A stretch of 64,000 bases of DNA from an uncultured Spartobacteria bacterium (lineage in GTDB: Bacteria; Verrucomicrobiota; Verrucomicrobiia; Chthoniobacterales; UBA6821), in NCBI GenBank assembly GCA_903868795.1, contig CAIPWR010000128.1, positions 5,953 to 69,952 on the forward strand, read 5' to 3'. The notes beneath the pieces are model-generated. The model had not been told where the DNA came from and did no database searches. It worked only from the letters and a program-made list of their open reading frames with translations. Positions 10,101 through 17,672 of the stretch are shown here, in pieces. Each line of letters begins with the position of its first letter. Position 1 is the first letter of the stretch. The translations under genes and the position numbers were made by a program.

Positions 10101-12294
10101 GAAAAGAGATAGGAAAACCAAGGATTGAAATGGTAACGGTAGTCGTGAGCTGGGGTACCAGATTACTTGCAGGAGGGCAGGTCCAGGGATGCATGGGATT
10201 TACCTTGGCAGTCGCAAGCCCCAGAAACTCAGTAATCACATCCGTCCAGGAAGTCATCGAACCATCCGAGGCACTCAGCAGTGTCGTCCCCGTGGAATCG
10301 TAAACCATAGGACGACCGTTGGTGTGCACCATAAGCGGTGGTTGATTCGCCGCACGGGCTATAAACCAGAGGGAGGCGCCTCTCATCGTGGGAAACCTTC
10401 CTATACCGCGTGTCACCTTTCCATCAGGATTGGTCACCACAATAGGAACCACCTGACCCGATCCGTTCGTCAGATTCGTACTGCTGCCGGTAATCGCCGG
10501 GGGTGTCGTGTAGGAATTTGAAAACGAAGCCGAGGTCATTGTCGCGACATTCGTGATCGTCGAGCTATCAACAAGATTGATGCAGGACCTGATGTAATCG
10601 AAGAGCAGGGTGCAAATCTGATCTCCTTGGAGGGAATTAGAGCCGCCAGACCATTTGCCAGACGAGGTAAAGGATCCGATAAAGCCGGGAATCTGCGTAT
10701 CGAAACTACGTCTCAGGTAGGAATAGAGAATCTGATTACGGCCCAACATATCATTAGTAGGGCTCGTCGCATCATACCTGGTGAAGTAATAGGCATTGGT
10801 CCCGAGCGTAGAGCAGAAAGCCAAGATCTGATCCGTCACTGTCCTGTTGGAAGCCGCAGGAGCAGCATAAGGATTGGCGACCATCTTCTGTCCAGCCGTA
10901 GGCACGGGCCATAGCGAGATCTTCGGTTTGTTAAGGGGATTGACCTCGGGAGCCCGGCTATCTGTCGTGAGGAAAAACCTCATGCGAGAGACATCACGGG
11001 CTTGAAAGTTCCCCAAGGGATTCACCAGGCGTGAGGGGGACGATTGATTTGTCGCGGCAAAGAAAAACTCATCCACCGAGGCGTAGAGGCGATTTGTCCC
11101 GAGTGAAGTGATCGGCCCATTGGTCGGCACACCGGAAACGGAGGTCAGAACACTTGCTGAACCGGCCTTTGAGCCACCCCAGGCGTATTTTGGGGAGATA
11201 TTGGAGAGCACCGTCTGGTAGTAGTTCGTTGCCAGGGATGAAATCACCGGTGTCATCGTTCCGCTGACCTCATTATAGGAGGAGACTTGCGTCGGCAGGG
11301 CCGAAAGTATCTGGCGTGGTGAGGAGAGCCCCAGATAGCTCCAGAGAACGGGACTGAGACTTGTGGAGGCAGGATGACCCGGGTAGCGGTTGAACTCATG
11401 GGCGGCCGGAGGAAAGAGTCCCATCGCAACATCCTGCGATGTTGAAAAACTTGGAGGCGCCCAGAAGGCCCCTTCACTCGCGGTATTCAGGTTCAACTTG
11501 CAGGTTTCGTCATCCGTCCAGTAGGCGATCCTGGCAACAATGGGGTTCGCCTTGGAGGGCTGCTTGGTCGCATTGTTAAAAGTAGCTGACGTCTTGCTAC
11601 TGGCATCGGGGGCAATAGCCGTTCCGTCTTTAAGAATATACAACCAAAGAACAGGCATAGCGGCTTGATTAGAAACCCCCGTGAGCAGGGGGGCATTGCT
11701 GATTGAAAAACCATCCACGAGCGCCGCTCCATTGGATATGTTGGTCATGTAGGGATCCAAGATCGGGTAATTGGTGTTTCCCCGCGAAATCACGGGTGCA
11801 TTGAGATCGGTGTACGCAGAGGGTGATGATGTCCACCCGCTCGCAGGCAGATCGGAACTCACGGACACAGTGCTTGTGAAGAGATCGTTGCTCGCACTGT
11901 AGAGCTTGTAGGCCAGATAGGGAGCGGCATTAGTGTCGAATGTCCGGATAAGACCTGGTTGGGACGCCCAGCAGAGGGGAATATTGGAATTCAACGAGCC
12001 ATCGGCATTGTGTGCCAAGCCAACTGTGGCATCCCGCAGTTGTGAAATAATGAGGTTGGCGACCGAATCGGCAAGATTGTGGGTCGTCATGGCGGTTGCC
12101 TCCGCCTTGGTACCGATCTGCTCGTTGGTGATGCTGGAGAAGAAGGCAACGATCAATCCGGTCACAATGACCAGAAACGCGAGAACGATCACAAGAGCAG
12201 AGCCCTGAAGCTCTCCCCTCGCACTCACTTCGCACGAGCACGTAATATTTTCTCTACCCTCGTGAGGATTAGAGAAATGTCGACACGCTTGCAT
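7168..12294 (-). CDS. Giant secreted/anchored protein with a GspK-like N-terminus; candidate 'Verru_Chthon cassette protein A'
   Basis: 1708-aa ORF with a single N-terminal hydrophobic helix (GSALVIVLAFLVIVTGLIVAFF) followed by an S/T/N/P/G-rich extracellular-type sequence. Two K(L/V)NLN motifs (KLNLNTASE and GKVNLNYQ) resemble the T2SS minor pseudopilin GspK. It lies directly downstream of two prepilin-type genes. The start is either ATG 12294 or an in-frame GTG at 12228. Confidence 0.6.
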   Translation of the reverse strand: MQACRHFSNPHEGRENITCSCEVSARGELQGSALVIVLAFLVIVTGLIVAFFSSITNEQIGTKAEATAMTTHNLADSVANLIISQLRDATVGLAHNADGSLNSNIPLCWASQPGLIRTFDTNAAPYLAYKLYSASNDLFTSTVSVSSDLPASGWTSSPSAYTDLNAPVISRGNTNYPILDPYMTNISNGAALVDGFSISNAPLLTGVSNQAAMPVLWLYILKDGTAIAPDASSKTSATFNNATKQPSKANPIVARIAYWTDDETCKLNLNTASEGAFWAPPSFSTSQDVAMGLFPPAAHEFNRYPGHPASTSLSPVLWSYLGLSSPRQILSALPTQVSSYNEVSGTMTPVISSLATNYYQTVLSNISPKYAWGGSKAGSASVLTSVSGVPTNGPITSLGTNRLYASVDEFFFAATNQSSPSRLVNPLGNFQARDVSRMRFFLTTDSRAPEVNPLNKPKISLWPVPTAGQKMVANPYAAPAASNRTVTDQILAFCSTLGTNAYYFTRYDATSPTNDMLGRNQILYSYLRRSFDTQIPGFIGSFTSSGKWSGGSNSLQGDQICTLLFDYIRSCINLVDSSTITNVATMTSASFSNSYTTPPAITGSSTNLTNGSGQVVPIVVTNPDGKVTRGIGRFPTMRGASLWFIARAANQPPLMVHTNGRPMVYDSTGTTLLSASDGSMTSWTDVITEFLGLATAKVNPMHPWTCPPASNLVPQLTTTVTISILGFPISFPVPVFAGVNSYSTSLTNPLPDFAQLYPLFDLSAANSPGSSPTRTYPTIDSTSGQFLTTAQPNIYYFSNSLISFPNPVVLATNATLTSASGFTTSTTPGASNGIATHSGLRFLSVQRPTGATAGAFDIPNPFYKDSALLQPYQTRVEMLYVPDFVDVAPGQVGLKPKMSFQATGLSSFAVNGTSLQFPANPSGLTAPGLLFQSNASSLMNYWLYDLGMQLSLNAETNSLFATNVLIASTNTFSFTGGTIQNILNGPGGTAIQSLAIAFPNATFPTPKLPVAYMLSGYGSVNTLFQNYPPISSKIYTGSSGASSNALVGDTNTGDIVSTWMLTFNKADPMLSNPASSQVTPFSIKNHSRMTEAISDSIQSYLIATEMGTSETNSSDPSYPWTLAGLNRLTADTVQSVDLTYGDPRMIACLSNVPSTFFTTNPLYGNSTQVSVNGWPTMIRSAHSLRSGSLPMNGAFLGTLQCTNWSGATGGNSYFYPPAMNGYSPNGPFNSLIGNVAGVGTNLFGHTPGRGGPFYYSYDGEFSQPYASADCNFGNSTFFGLWSRGGDFDNGIGFFSDGPFIGKVDEGYGATNSANYYNNPYFSLSLQPIGTNMFSPNRMVPSAVIMGSLPVGFANLSSTTTPSPAILTNSWLTLQHSANPASLSSALRDQRSALAGYNEAGSLITNTILPDHLLLDFFQMPVVDPYPISDPFSTAGKVNLNYQIAPFSYINRDAALRGVLKSVMLTAVDDQWGYDYKLRSTNQYSLFTSEYYSDTVPRVSSQSYNAFGSNSGNFYFHYPIHPDQTLLQFQQRFANGDIFHSPSEICSLWLYPAQQPTGTNSLVNTNSIVSWDSANANIKAWWYGNPGTTRKGMTGDNLRERPYSYIYPRLTTKSNTYTVHYRVQVLQQVTSRRVTNADWQKWNESTDKVIGDQRGSTMIERYIDPADPTLPDFAGLKDAFGNTLTANSPQLIMDCYYRFRVVMNKLFTP

Positions 12295-12410
12295 GGTGCA
12301 AGCTACTCGCGAGTTATGCTCAACTCAAGGCTTCCAAGAGATCTTGAAGCCTCAAATAAGATTCTCAGAACCTTCGATAATCCCGGCGCAAGAGACCATT
12401 CCGACCTGGT

Positions 12411-13508
12411 CTAGTTCGTCTGCGAGCCGCTCCATTTTGCCCCCTTGATCATCACATCCGTCGTGAAGATCCGGTAATTGATTTGCTTGGCTGCGAGAAT
12501 ACTTCCCAAGTTGGTGAGATCAGTGGGAAGATTTGAGGCATATTGAAAAAGATTTGAACTTGAATACATGTTCATCAAATTTGAATACGTGTTCGCAAAA
12601 CGCACTGCAGAGGTCTCATCCACAGCAACCATCGTTACCTGAATAACAGGAGGGAGCTGATTGTGGGTATTCAGATTGGCATCAATTGGACTATTCGAAT
12701 TCAGATTTGTGGAAGAGTCATAAGTGAAATTGGGAGCAAGGCTATAGTTTGTGTAGCCATTTGGAGCCAAAGAATTCGTTACATTGTAATCAGCAGGCGA
12801 GAGCTTCGGCAGGATAATTAAAGCGATCACGTTCTCAGCGAGCACATGGGCAGGACGGTTTGTGGTAAGGATCATCGAATTGGAAATCCAGTCTATGTTG
12901 GTGTAGGAGCGATTTCCCGAGGTATAATTGTACACGGAAAGGTTCTCCGTCGGTTCCATCAACTCCATGAGGCGATAGCGGTATCTTGGATTATAGCCCT
13001 TTGCCAAAACAGCTGCCGGAACACCGTTTGTATCACTCGCGTATTCCAAAAAATAACCCCAGGTATTGAGCGCATTCTGGAGAATCGAGTTACTTGAATT
13101 AGTCGTGAACCCATTGGGTGCCTGAAAAAAGACCGACATGGTCGGTACCTTAGAAAGTGAGGCAAGGCTAGATAAAATCGTTTTTGTTGGACCGCTAAGA
13201 AAACGCAGTTCAGATTGCCTTTGATAGGCCGTGGGAACACCATTGGAATTAGTGACATAGTCGAGATAGGTATTGAGCGTTGCCTGACTGAGTCTGCGGG
13301 TAATGGTGTCAAATGCATCGCGTGCACCTCGAAACTCTTCAATTTTTCCACTGGTCGACTTCCAGGTCTTGGAAGTCTGATTCACCATGGTGAGAAGAAG
13401 GACGACAAGTAGGGCTAAGATCGCAGAAGCCACCAGCAACTCAGCCACAGTGAAAGCATCCTGATCCTTTCGGATATTTCCTTTGTTTCTCAAAGATTCG
13501 AAAATCAT
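12411..13508 (-). CDS. Prepilin-type N-terminal cleavage/methylation domain protein; candidate 'Verru_Chthon cassette protein C'
   Basis: 365 aa. An 18-aa basic leader is followed by DA|FTVAELLVASAILALLVVLL, which has Phe+1, Glu+5 and a hydrophobic helix. Position -1 is Ala rather than the usual Gly. Its ATG overlaps the upstream stop (ATGA at 13505-13508). Confidence 0.65.
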   Translation of the reverse strand: MIFESLRNKGNIRKDQDAFTVAELLVASAILALLVVLLLTMVNQTSKTWKSTSGKIEEFRGARDAFDTITRRLSQATLNTYLDYVTNSNGVPTAYQRQSELRFLSGPTKTILSSLASLSKVPTMSVFFQAPNGFTTNSSNSILQNALNTWGYFLEYASDTNGVPAAVLAKGYNPRYRYRLMELMEPTENLSVYNYTSGNRSYTNIDWISNSMILTTNRPAHVLAENVIALIILPKLSPADYNVTNSLAPNGYTNYSLAPNFTYDSSTNLNSNSPIDANLNTHNQLPPVIQVTMVAVDETSAVRFANTYSNLMNMYSSSNLFQYASNLPTDLTNLGSILAAKQINYRIFTTDVMIKGAKWSGSQTN

Positions 13509-14116
13509 TTATTTCGCCCGATCAGGGTGGTAAAAGTCTGCACGTTAGGATTAGCGCCATTGGTGGCATTGGTACCTAATCCATTTCCAGGATTATTGGC
13601 CACCATAACGGTGACAGTTGCCAGATTTGTCGATGTGTTCCCGAGAAAGCTGGTTGAATTACCTCCTCCACTATTGGTGCCTATTTGAACGCTGACCCAA
13701 TAAATACAGTTCACAGCGTTGGAATTCGTCAACTCCGTTCCCTGCTCATCGAAAAATCTGGTGCTATTCGTCAGATCTTTCCAATCAGCAATCTGCATAT
13801 CATTGAAGACTCTCTGTGCGATCTGAGAACCAACAGCGGTGTTCATAGTGCTTTTGAATGTCTTCAGTCCACTGGGAAGAAGCCCGAGAAGTGCAACCAA
13901 CGCAAAGGCCGCCACACCGACTGCCATCACAACTTCAACCAGACTAAATCCGGCTAGACGCGAACGTGTTCTTATACGGCATAGAGTCCGCGTAAAAGAT
14001 TCCGAGGAATCAATGGAGGGTAGTGTCTGCACGTCGGGTAGATTCGTAATAATCTGAGATAAACTAACCTGTGGAGCCCCATTATCAAGAGAAGAGCGGG
14101 GTGAGAAGCCGTACAA
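13505..14116 (-). CDS. Prepilin-type N-terminal cleavage/methylation domain protein; candidate 'Verru_Chthon cassette protein B'
   Basis: It has the canonical class-III signal LAG|FSLVEVVMAVGVAAFALVALLGLLP with Glu+5. The tracked start is a TTG at 14116, giving an unusually long 55-aa leader. An in-frame GTG at 14032 would give a 27-aa leader. Confidence 0.65.
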   Translation of the reverse strand: MYGFSPRSSLDNGAPQVSLSQIITNLPDVQTLPSIDSSESFTRTLCRIRTRSRLAGFSLVEVVMAVGVAAFALVALLGLLPSGLKTFKSTMNTAVGSQIAQRVFNDMQIADWKDLTNSTRFFDEQGTELTNSNAVNCIYWVSVQIGTNSGGGNSTSFLGNTSTNLATVTVMVANNPGNGLGTNATNGANPNVQTFTTLIGRNK

Positions 14117-14119
14117 AGT

Positions 14120-15994
14120 TTAAAGCGCTTTGGATTTCTGTTTTTTACCCGATGAAGATTGGGGAGCGGGAGGCGTTACCGAATCCAAGAGCTTCCGTTC
14201 TTCGGGCCTGAGATTGGCCATGTTTAACGAAGCGAGCTGTGCCTCGGAACTTTCTCCCTCCCCATTCGCCCTGAGAACAGCACCCCTGATGACCCTCCAT
14301 TGGTCTGGCGCTAAGGTCCAGTCAATGATCTTCCCCTCATAAAGAGCAAGCGCTGCTTTGGAATCTCCTCCCCTGAGTTTTGCCAAGGCAGCAACGCTGA
14401 TCCGGGACAGGTTATCCGGTTGATCCTCTAGAAGAATTGCGGCCATGGCAGATGCTTCTAAGACATCATCGTTTGCAAGCAACCTCAGGTAGGCCAGATC
14501 TCCCTTCGCATCAGCCATGCTTGGAGCGGCAGCCACGAGTTCAACGTACATCGGGATAAGTTCAACAGCAGGAGCATTTCGTGGCTGACAACGGATGAGG
14601 CCTATTAATCCTGGAATTCTGGTCGCACCGTCACGATCAGCCATTTCACGGTAAGCTCTCGCTGCGCGATCAGAAGCTCCGATTTGTTCCTCATAGCCCG
14701 CCACATAAGCTAGGGTTTCAGGTTTTTCAAGATGCAGTGCTCCGCCAACATTTCTCCATTCATCCTCGGCTCGGTTCTGATCACCGGACATCAAAGCGAC
14801 ACGGGCCAGAAAGAGATGCCTCACAGCATCAGGAATTCCGGCTCCTGCCGGTGAATCAAGCGTCTTGGATACCTCCTTCCAGTTCCCAAAAGCGGTCTCG
14901 GCATCCAGAGTAATGAGAAGCCAATCGGTATCCTTCAAGGGCCGCTCCGGACCCGCAACCTCAAGGACCTCCTCATGGAATCCCCGAGCATTAAGCCACC
15001 TAGCAAATTCAAGCGCCTCTATCCGTGAGGCAAGACGAAATTTTGATTTTAATCGCTTAACAATTTCCCCTTTTCCCGAAGGGTTCTGAAGGAATTCCAT
15101 GTCGGCTGCGGTCAAGGAATCCATCGCCGTGTGACCTGGCAAGGTTTCAAGAGATTTTATCAGAGCGGTGATTTCTTCGGGAGAGAGAAGGCCCGTTGAT
15201 CCCTGAGGAGGAGACAACACGATCCTTGCAAGCAGGCGCCATGCAGCCAACGAGATCTTCCCATGTTTTTTTAGAACCTGCTGAAGTAGTGACACCGCAT
15301 TTTTCGACGCGTCGGCATTCTTGCTGGCAAGAAGATACACGGCTGCCTGAATTCGAAGCCTGGAAGTGTTGTCCTGAGAAAAAGAGACCTCATCGGAAAG
15401 ACATGTCTCGGCAGCTTTGGGAAAATCGCCGTGCTGGGCCAGCAAGGATGCCACGGCAAGGGTGCGTAGGAGGAGTTGCTGCTCACTCAGTTTTGCAGGC
15501 AGGGCCTTGATCGCTTCTCTGACAATATCAGGGTGAGCAGCAGCAATCTCCAACTCTGCAATCCCGAGGAGTTCGTCGGGACTTGATGATCCGGATCGCA
15601 TCCGCTCAAGAAGTTTTTTCATGGAGGGCTGATCGCCGGAGCGAGCATTGTAGAGTTCCACGGAGTGCTGGACCCTTGGACTTCCGGGAGAAAGAGCCAG
15701 TGCCTGCTTGAGGAGAGAAAGAGCCTTTGTCGGATCTCCCGTTGAAAACGAAAGTTCGGCATTTCCCACCAGAATACCCGAACGCCACTCCTTGGCTGCG
15801 CGGTAAAAGGGCGGCAACAGGATCAGCAGAAGGATCACACCGCCCCCAATGAGCAACCTGCGGAGGGTTTGCGGATAAGTGATTCCCGTGATTGACGGAT
15901 GTGCTGGGGAGCGGCTCTCGTCAGAATAATCGGGAAGTTCCGAATGATTGTTAGGGGCTCCTTGAGCCTGTTGCGGATCGGTCGTTTCACTCAT
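14120..15994 (-). CDS. Membrane-anchored helical-repeat (TPR-like) protein
   Basis: 624 aa with one N-terminal TM segment (LLIGGGVILLLILLPPF), followed by an Ala/Leu-rich sequence with TPR-like periodicity. It sits 1 nt after the exosortase stop and 3 nt before the next gene. Confidence 0.45.
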   Translation of the reverse strand: MSETTDPQQAQGAPNNHSELPDYSDESRSPAHPSITGITYPQTLRRLLIGGGVILLLILLPPFYRAAKEWRSGILVGNAELSFSTGDPTKALSLLKQALALSPGSPRVQHSVELYNARSGDQPSMKKLLERMRSGSSSPDELLGIAELEIAAAHPDIVREAIKALPAKLSEQQLLLRTLAVASLLAQHGDFPKAAETCLSDEVSFSQDNTSRLRIQAAVYLLASKNADASKNAVSLLQQVLKKHGKISLAAWRLLARIVLSPPQGSTGLLSPEEITALIKSLETLPGHTAMDSLTAADMEFLQNPSGKGEIVKRLKSKFRLASRIEALEFARWLNARGFHEEVLEVAGPERPLKDTDWLLITLDAETAFGNWKEVSKTLDSPAGAGIPDAVRHLFLARVALMSGDQNRAEDEWRNVGGALHLEKPETLAYVAGYEEQIGASDRAARAYREMADRDGATRIPGLIGLIRCQPRNAPAVELIPMYVELVAAAPSMADAKGDLAYLRLLANDDVLEASAMAAILLEDQPDNLSRISVAALAKLRGGDSKAALALYEGKIIDWTLAPDQWRVIRGAVLRANGEGESSEAQLASLNMANLRPEERKLLDSVTPPAPQSSSGKKQKSKAL

Positions 15995-15995
15995 A

Positions 15996-17609
15996 TTACC
16001 GGGAGGGTGTTTGCAAAAATGGGGCCGGGTTATCTTTTAAGGAATCTGCAAGATAACGTGCCAGCGCAGCACGCGCCTCAGATTCATCGTGAAGATTCCA
16101 GAGCGCGATCTCGACCATCCTCTGTCCCCTATTCCGTTTTCCGAACCTCACGTTTGAAATTCTAGCCATGGGCGACTGATCGGTAACGGGATGGTTTTCC
16201 AGTGCATCCGTCCCCTGCTCCATGATTGAGTGAAAGACATATACTGGCTGGCCATTCTGGGTGAAGAGCCACGCATGAAGGCGCGGCCCTCCGGAAGATC
16301 CGCTCTCAAAATCTGCAAGCGGTCGCTCCATATGCATTCCCATGCTCGCAAGGCAAACCTCCGGACTATGCATCTGGACGGACTGTACGGCTGTCCTGCC
16401 CGCCGGCCACTGAAAGAAGAACACCTGCCCCATCTCGCCACGGGCATTGATCCATTTTTCTGAAAATCCCTCCGGATGGAAAAGCATGCGAAGCGTTCCC
16501 TCTGCTACGGGAACGCTCGCGACTCCAGCGACACCATTTCTCGGAGCGATCTTCCAGGCCCAGTAATCTTCTCTGGGTAGATCATGCATACCGAACCAGA
16601 TCTCAGTCAGCACCAGAGAGCCTGTGAGAATCAGCAGGGCAACAATCCACAATACCATATCACCAAGCGAAGAGCTGGCGGGCACTCTACCACCAGAGAG
16701 GTGCGTCCCTGCTTTGGCCTCACGAAGGTCAACCTGAGATCTCAAGGAACGCCAGTGGAACGCACAGGCAATAACGAGCAGAAAAGTCATCAGGAGAATA
16801 CAAAGTCCGGCGGAATCGTGCCATTCCGGAACTGCTGCCATGCCTTGCCGGGAAGCGACAATTCCGAGGAAGGAGCTTCTTAAAATATTTCCTGCGAGCG
16901 CTGCCAGAAGCGCCACGACAAGCAGCATGAAACGCCTTGGAATCGTTAACCGAAAGATCTCACCGAAAAACAGTGCCACCATCAGACCGCTCTGCAGGGA
17001 ACGGATGCCACTACATGCCTCCTCGATTCCCAGAATGCCCGACGAGGTGAGGATCAGATTTCCTTGCCGCAGCGCCTCATAACCGCACCAGTGCAGGATT
17101 TCGACGGTCGTGGCAGCATTCCACGACATCAGGAGGGACATCAGGGATTGCTCAAAATTACGGGGCCACGGAACAGCAATCAAAAAAAACACCACGGGAA
17201 AGGCGAAGTGCCTTAACCACGGGATCCCACCCTCCTGGGCAATCAGGCCAAGGCTGATGATAATCGTTGCTATCGCTGCCACTCCTCCAAGTGGACGCCA
17301 ATCGGGATTGGCCTCGGCTACCGGAATAACAGCCGCCAAGAGTGCGGACGCAATAACGATGCCCACCCCAGCTAGGATCTTCACCCATTGTGCGGGGACT
17401 TCTGGCGCGGGCCTGTCTTCCCAGCGCTTCAACATCAGCCCGATCATAAGCAGCGGCACCAGGAGGCCATAGCTGTACTGAGGATCAATCCTCCAGTCGT
17501 TCCACACTATTCGGATCACCGCAAACCACGCCACTACTGCCAGAAAAGGGGCCAACAAAAGACGCACACGGAAAGCGTCGTTGTTCAAGATCCTTGTAGC
17601 ATCACCCAT
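15996..17609 (-). CDS. Exosortase (EpsH family) fused to a C-terminal EpsI-like domain
   Basis: 537 aa and polytopic. It has the conserved exosortase catalytic-Cys block EEACSGIRSLQSG, followed by more TM helices and a ~200-aa soluble C-terminal extension of the size and position of EpsI. Confidence 0.75.
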   Translation of the reverse strand: MGDATRILNNDAFRVRLLLAPFLAVVAWFAVIRIVWNDWRIDPQYSYGLLVPLLMIGLMLKRWEDRPAPEVPAQWVKILAGVGIVIASALLAAVIPVAEANPDWRPLGGVAAIATIIISLGLIAQEGGIPWLRHFAFPVVFFLIAVPWPRNFEQSLMSLLMSWNAATTVEILHWCGYEALRQGNLILTSSGILGIEEACSGIRSLQSGLMVALFFGEIFRLTIPRRFMLLVVALLAALAGNILRSSFLGIVASRQGMAAVPEWHDSAGLCILLMTFLLVIACAFHWRSLRSQVDLREAKAGTHLSGGRVPASSSLGDMVLWIVALLILTGSLVLTEIWFGMHDLPREDYWAWKIAPRNGVAGVASVPVAEGTLRMLFHPEGFSEKWINARGEMGQVFFFQWPAGRTAVQSVQMHSPEVCLASMGMHMERPLADFESGSSGGPRLHAWLFTQNGQPVYVFHSIMEQGTDALENHPVTDQSPMARISNVRFGKRNRGQRMVEIALWNLHDESEARAALARYLADSLKDNPAPFLQTPSR

Positions 17610-17672
17610 GACTCATCATCACCCGAAGTAGTTATTCAATCAAGGGAAGCGAGGGACTCGCCAGCACTTGTG

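Noticed and set aside
14120-15994. Whether the 624-aa protein is the missing third pseudopilin ('cassette protein D')
   Set aside because: It has no prepilin-type G|F...E motif. It has an internal-type TM anchor followed by helical repeats and is about three times too long. I call it a TPR-like protein instead.
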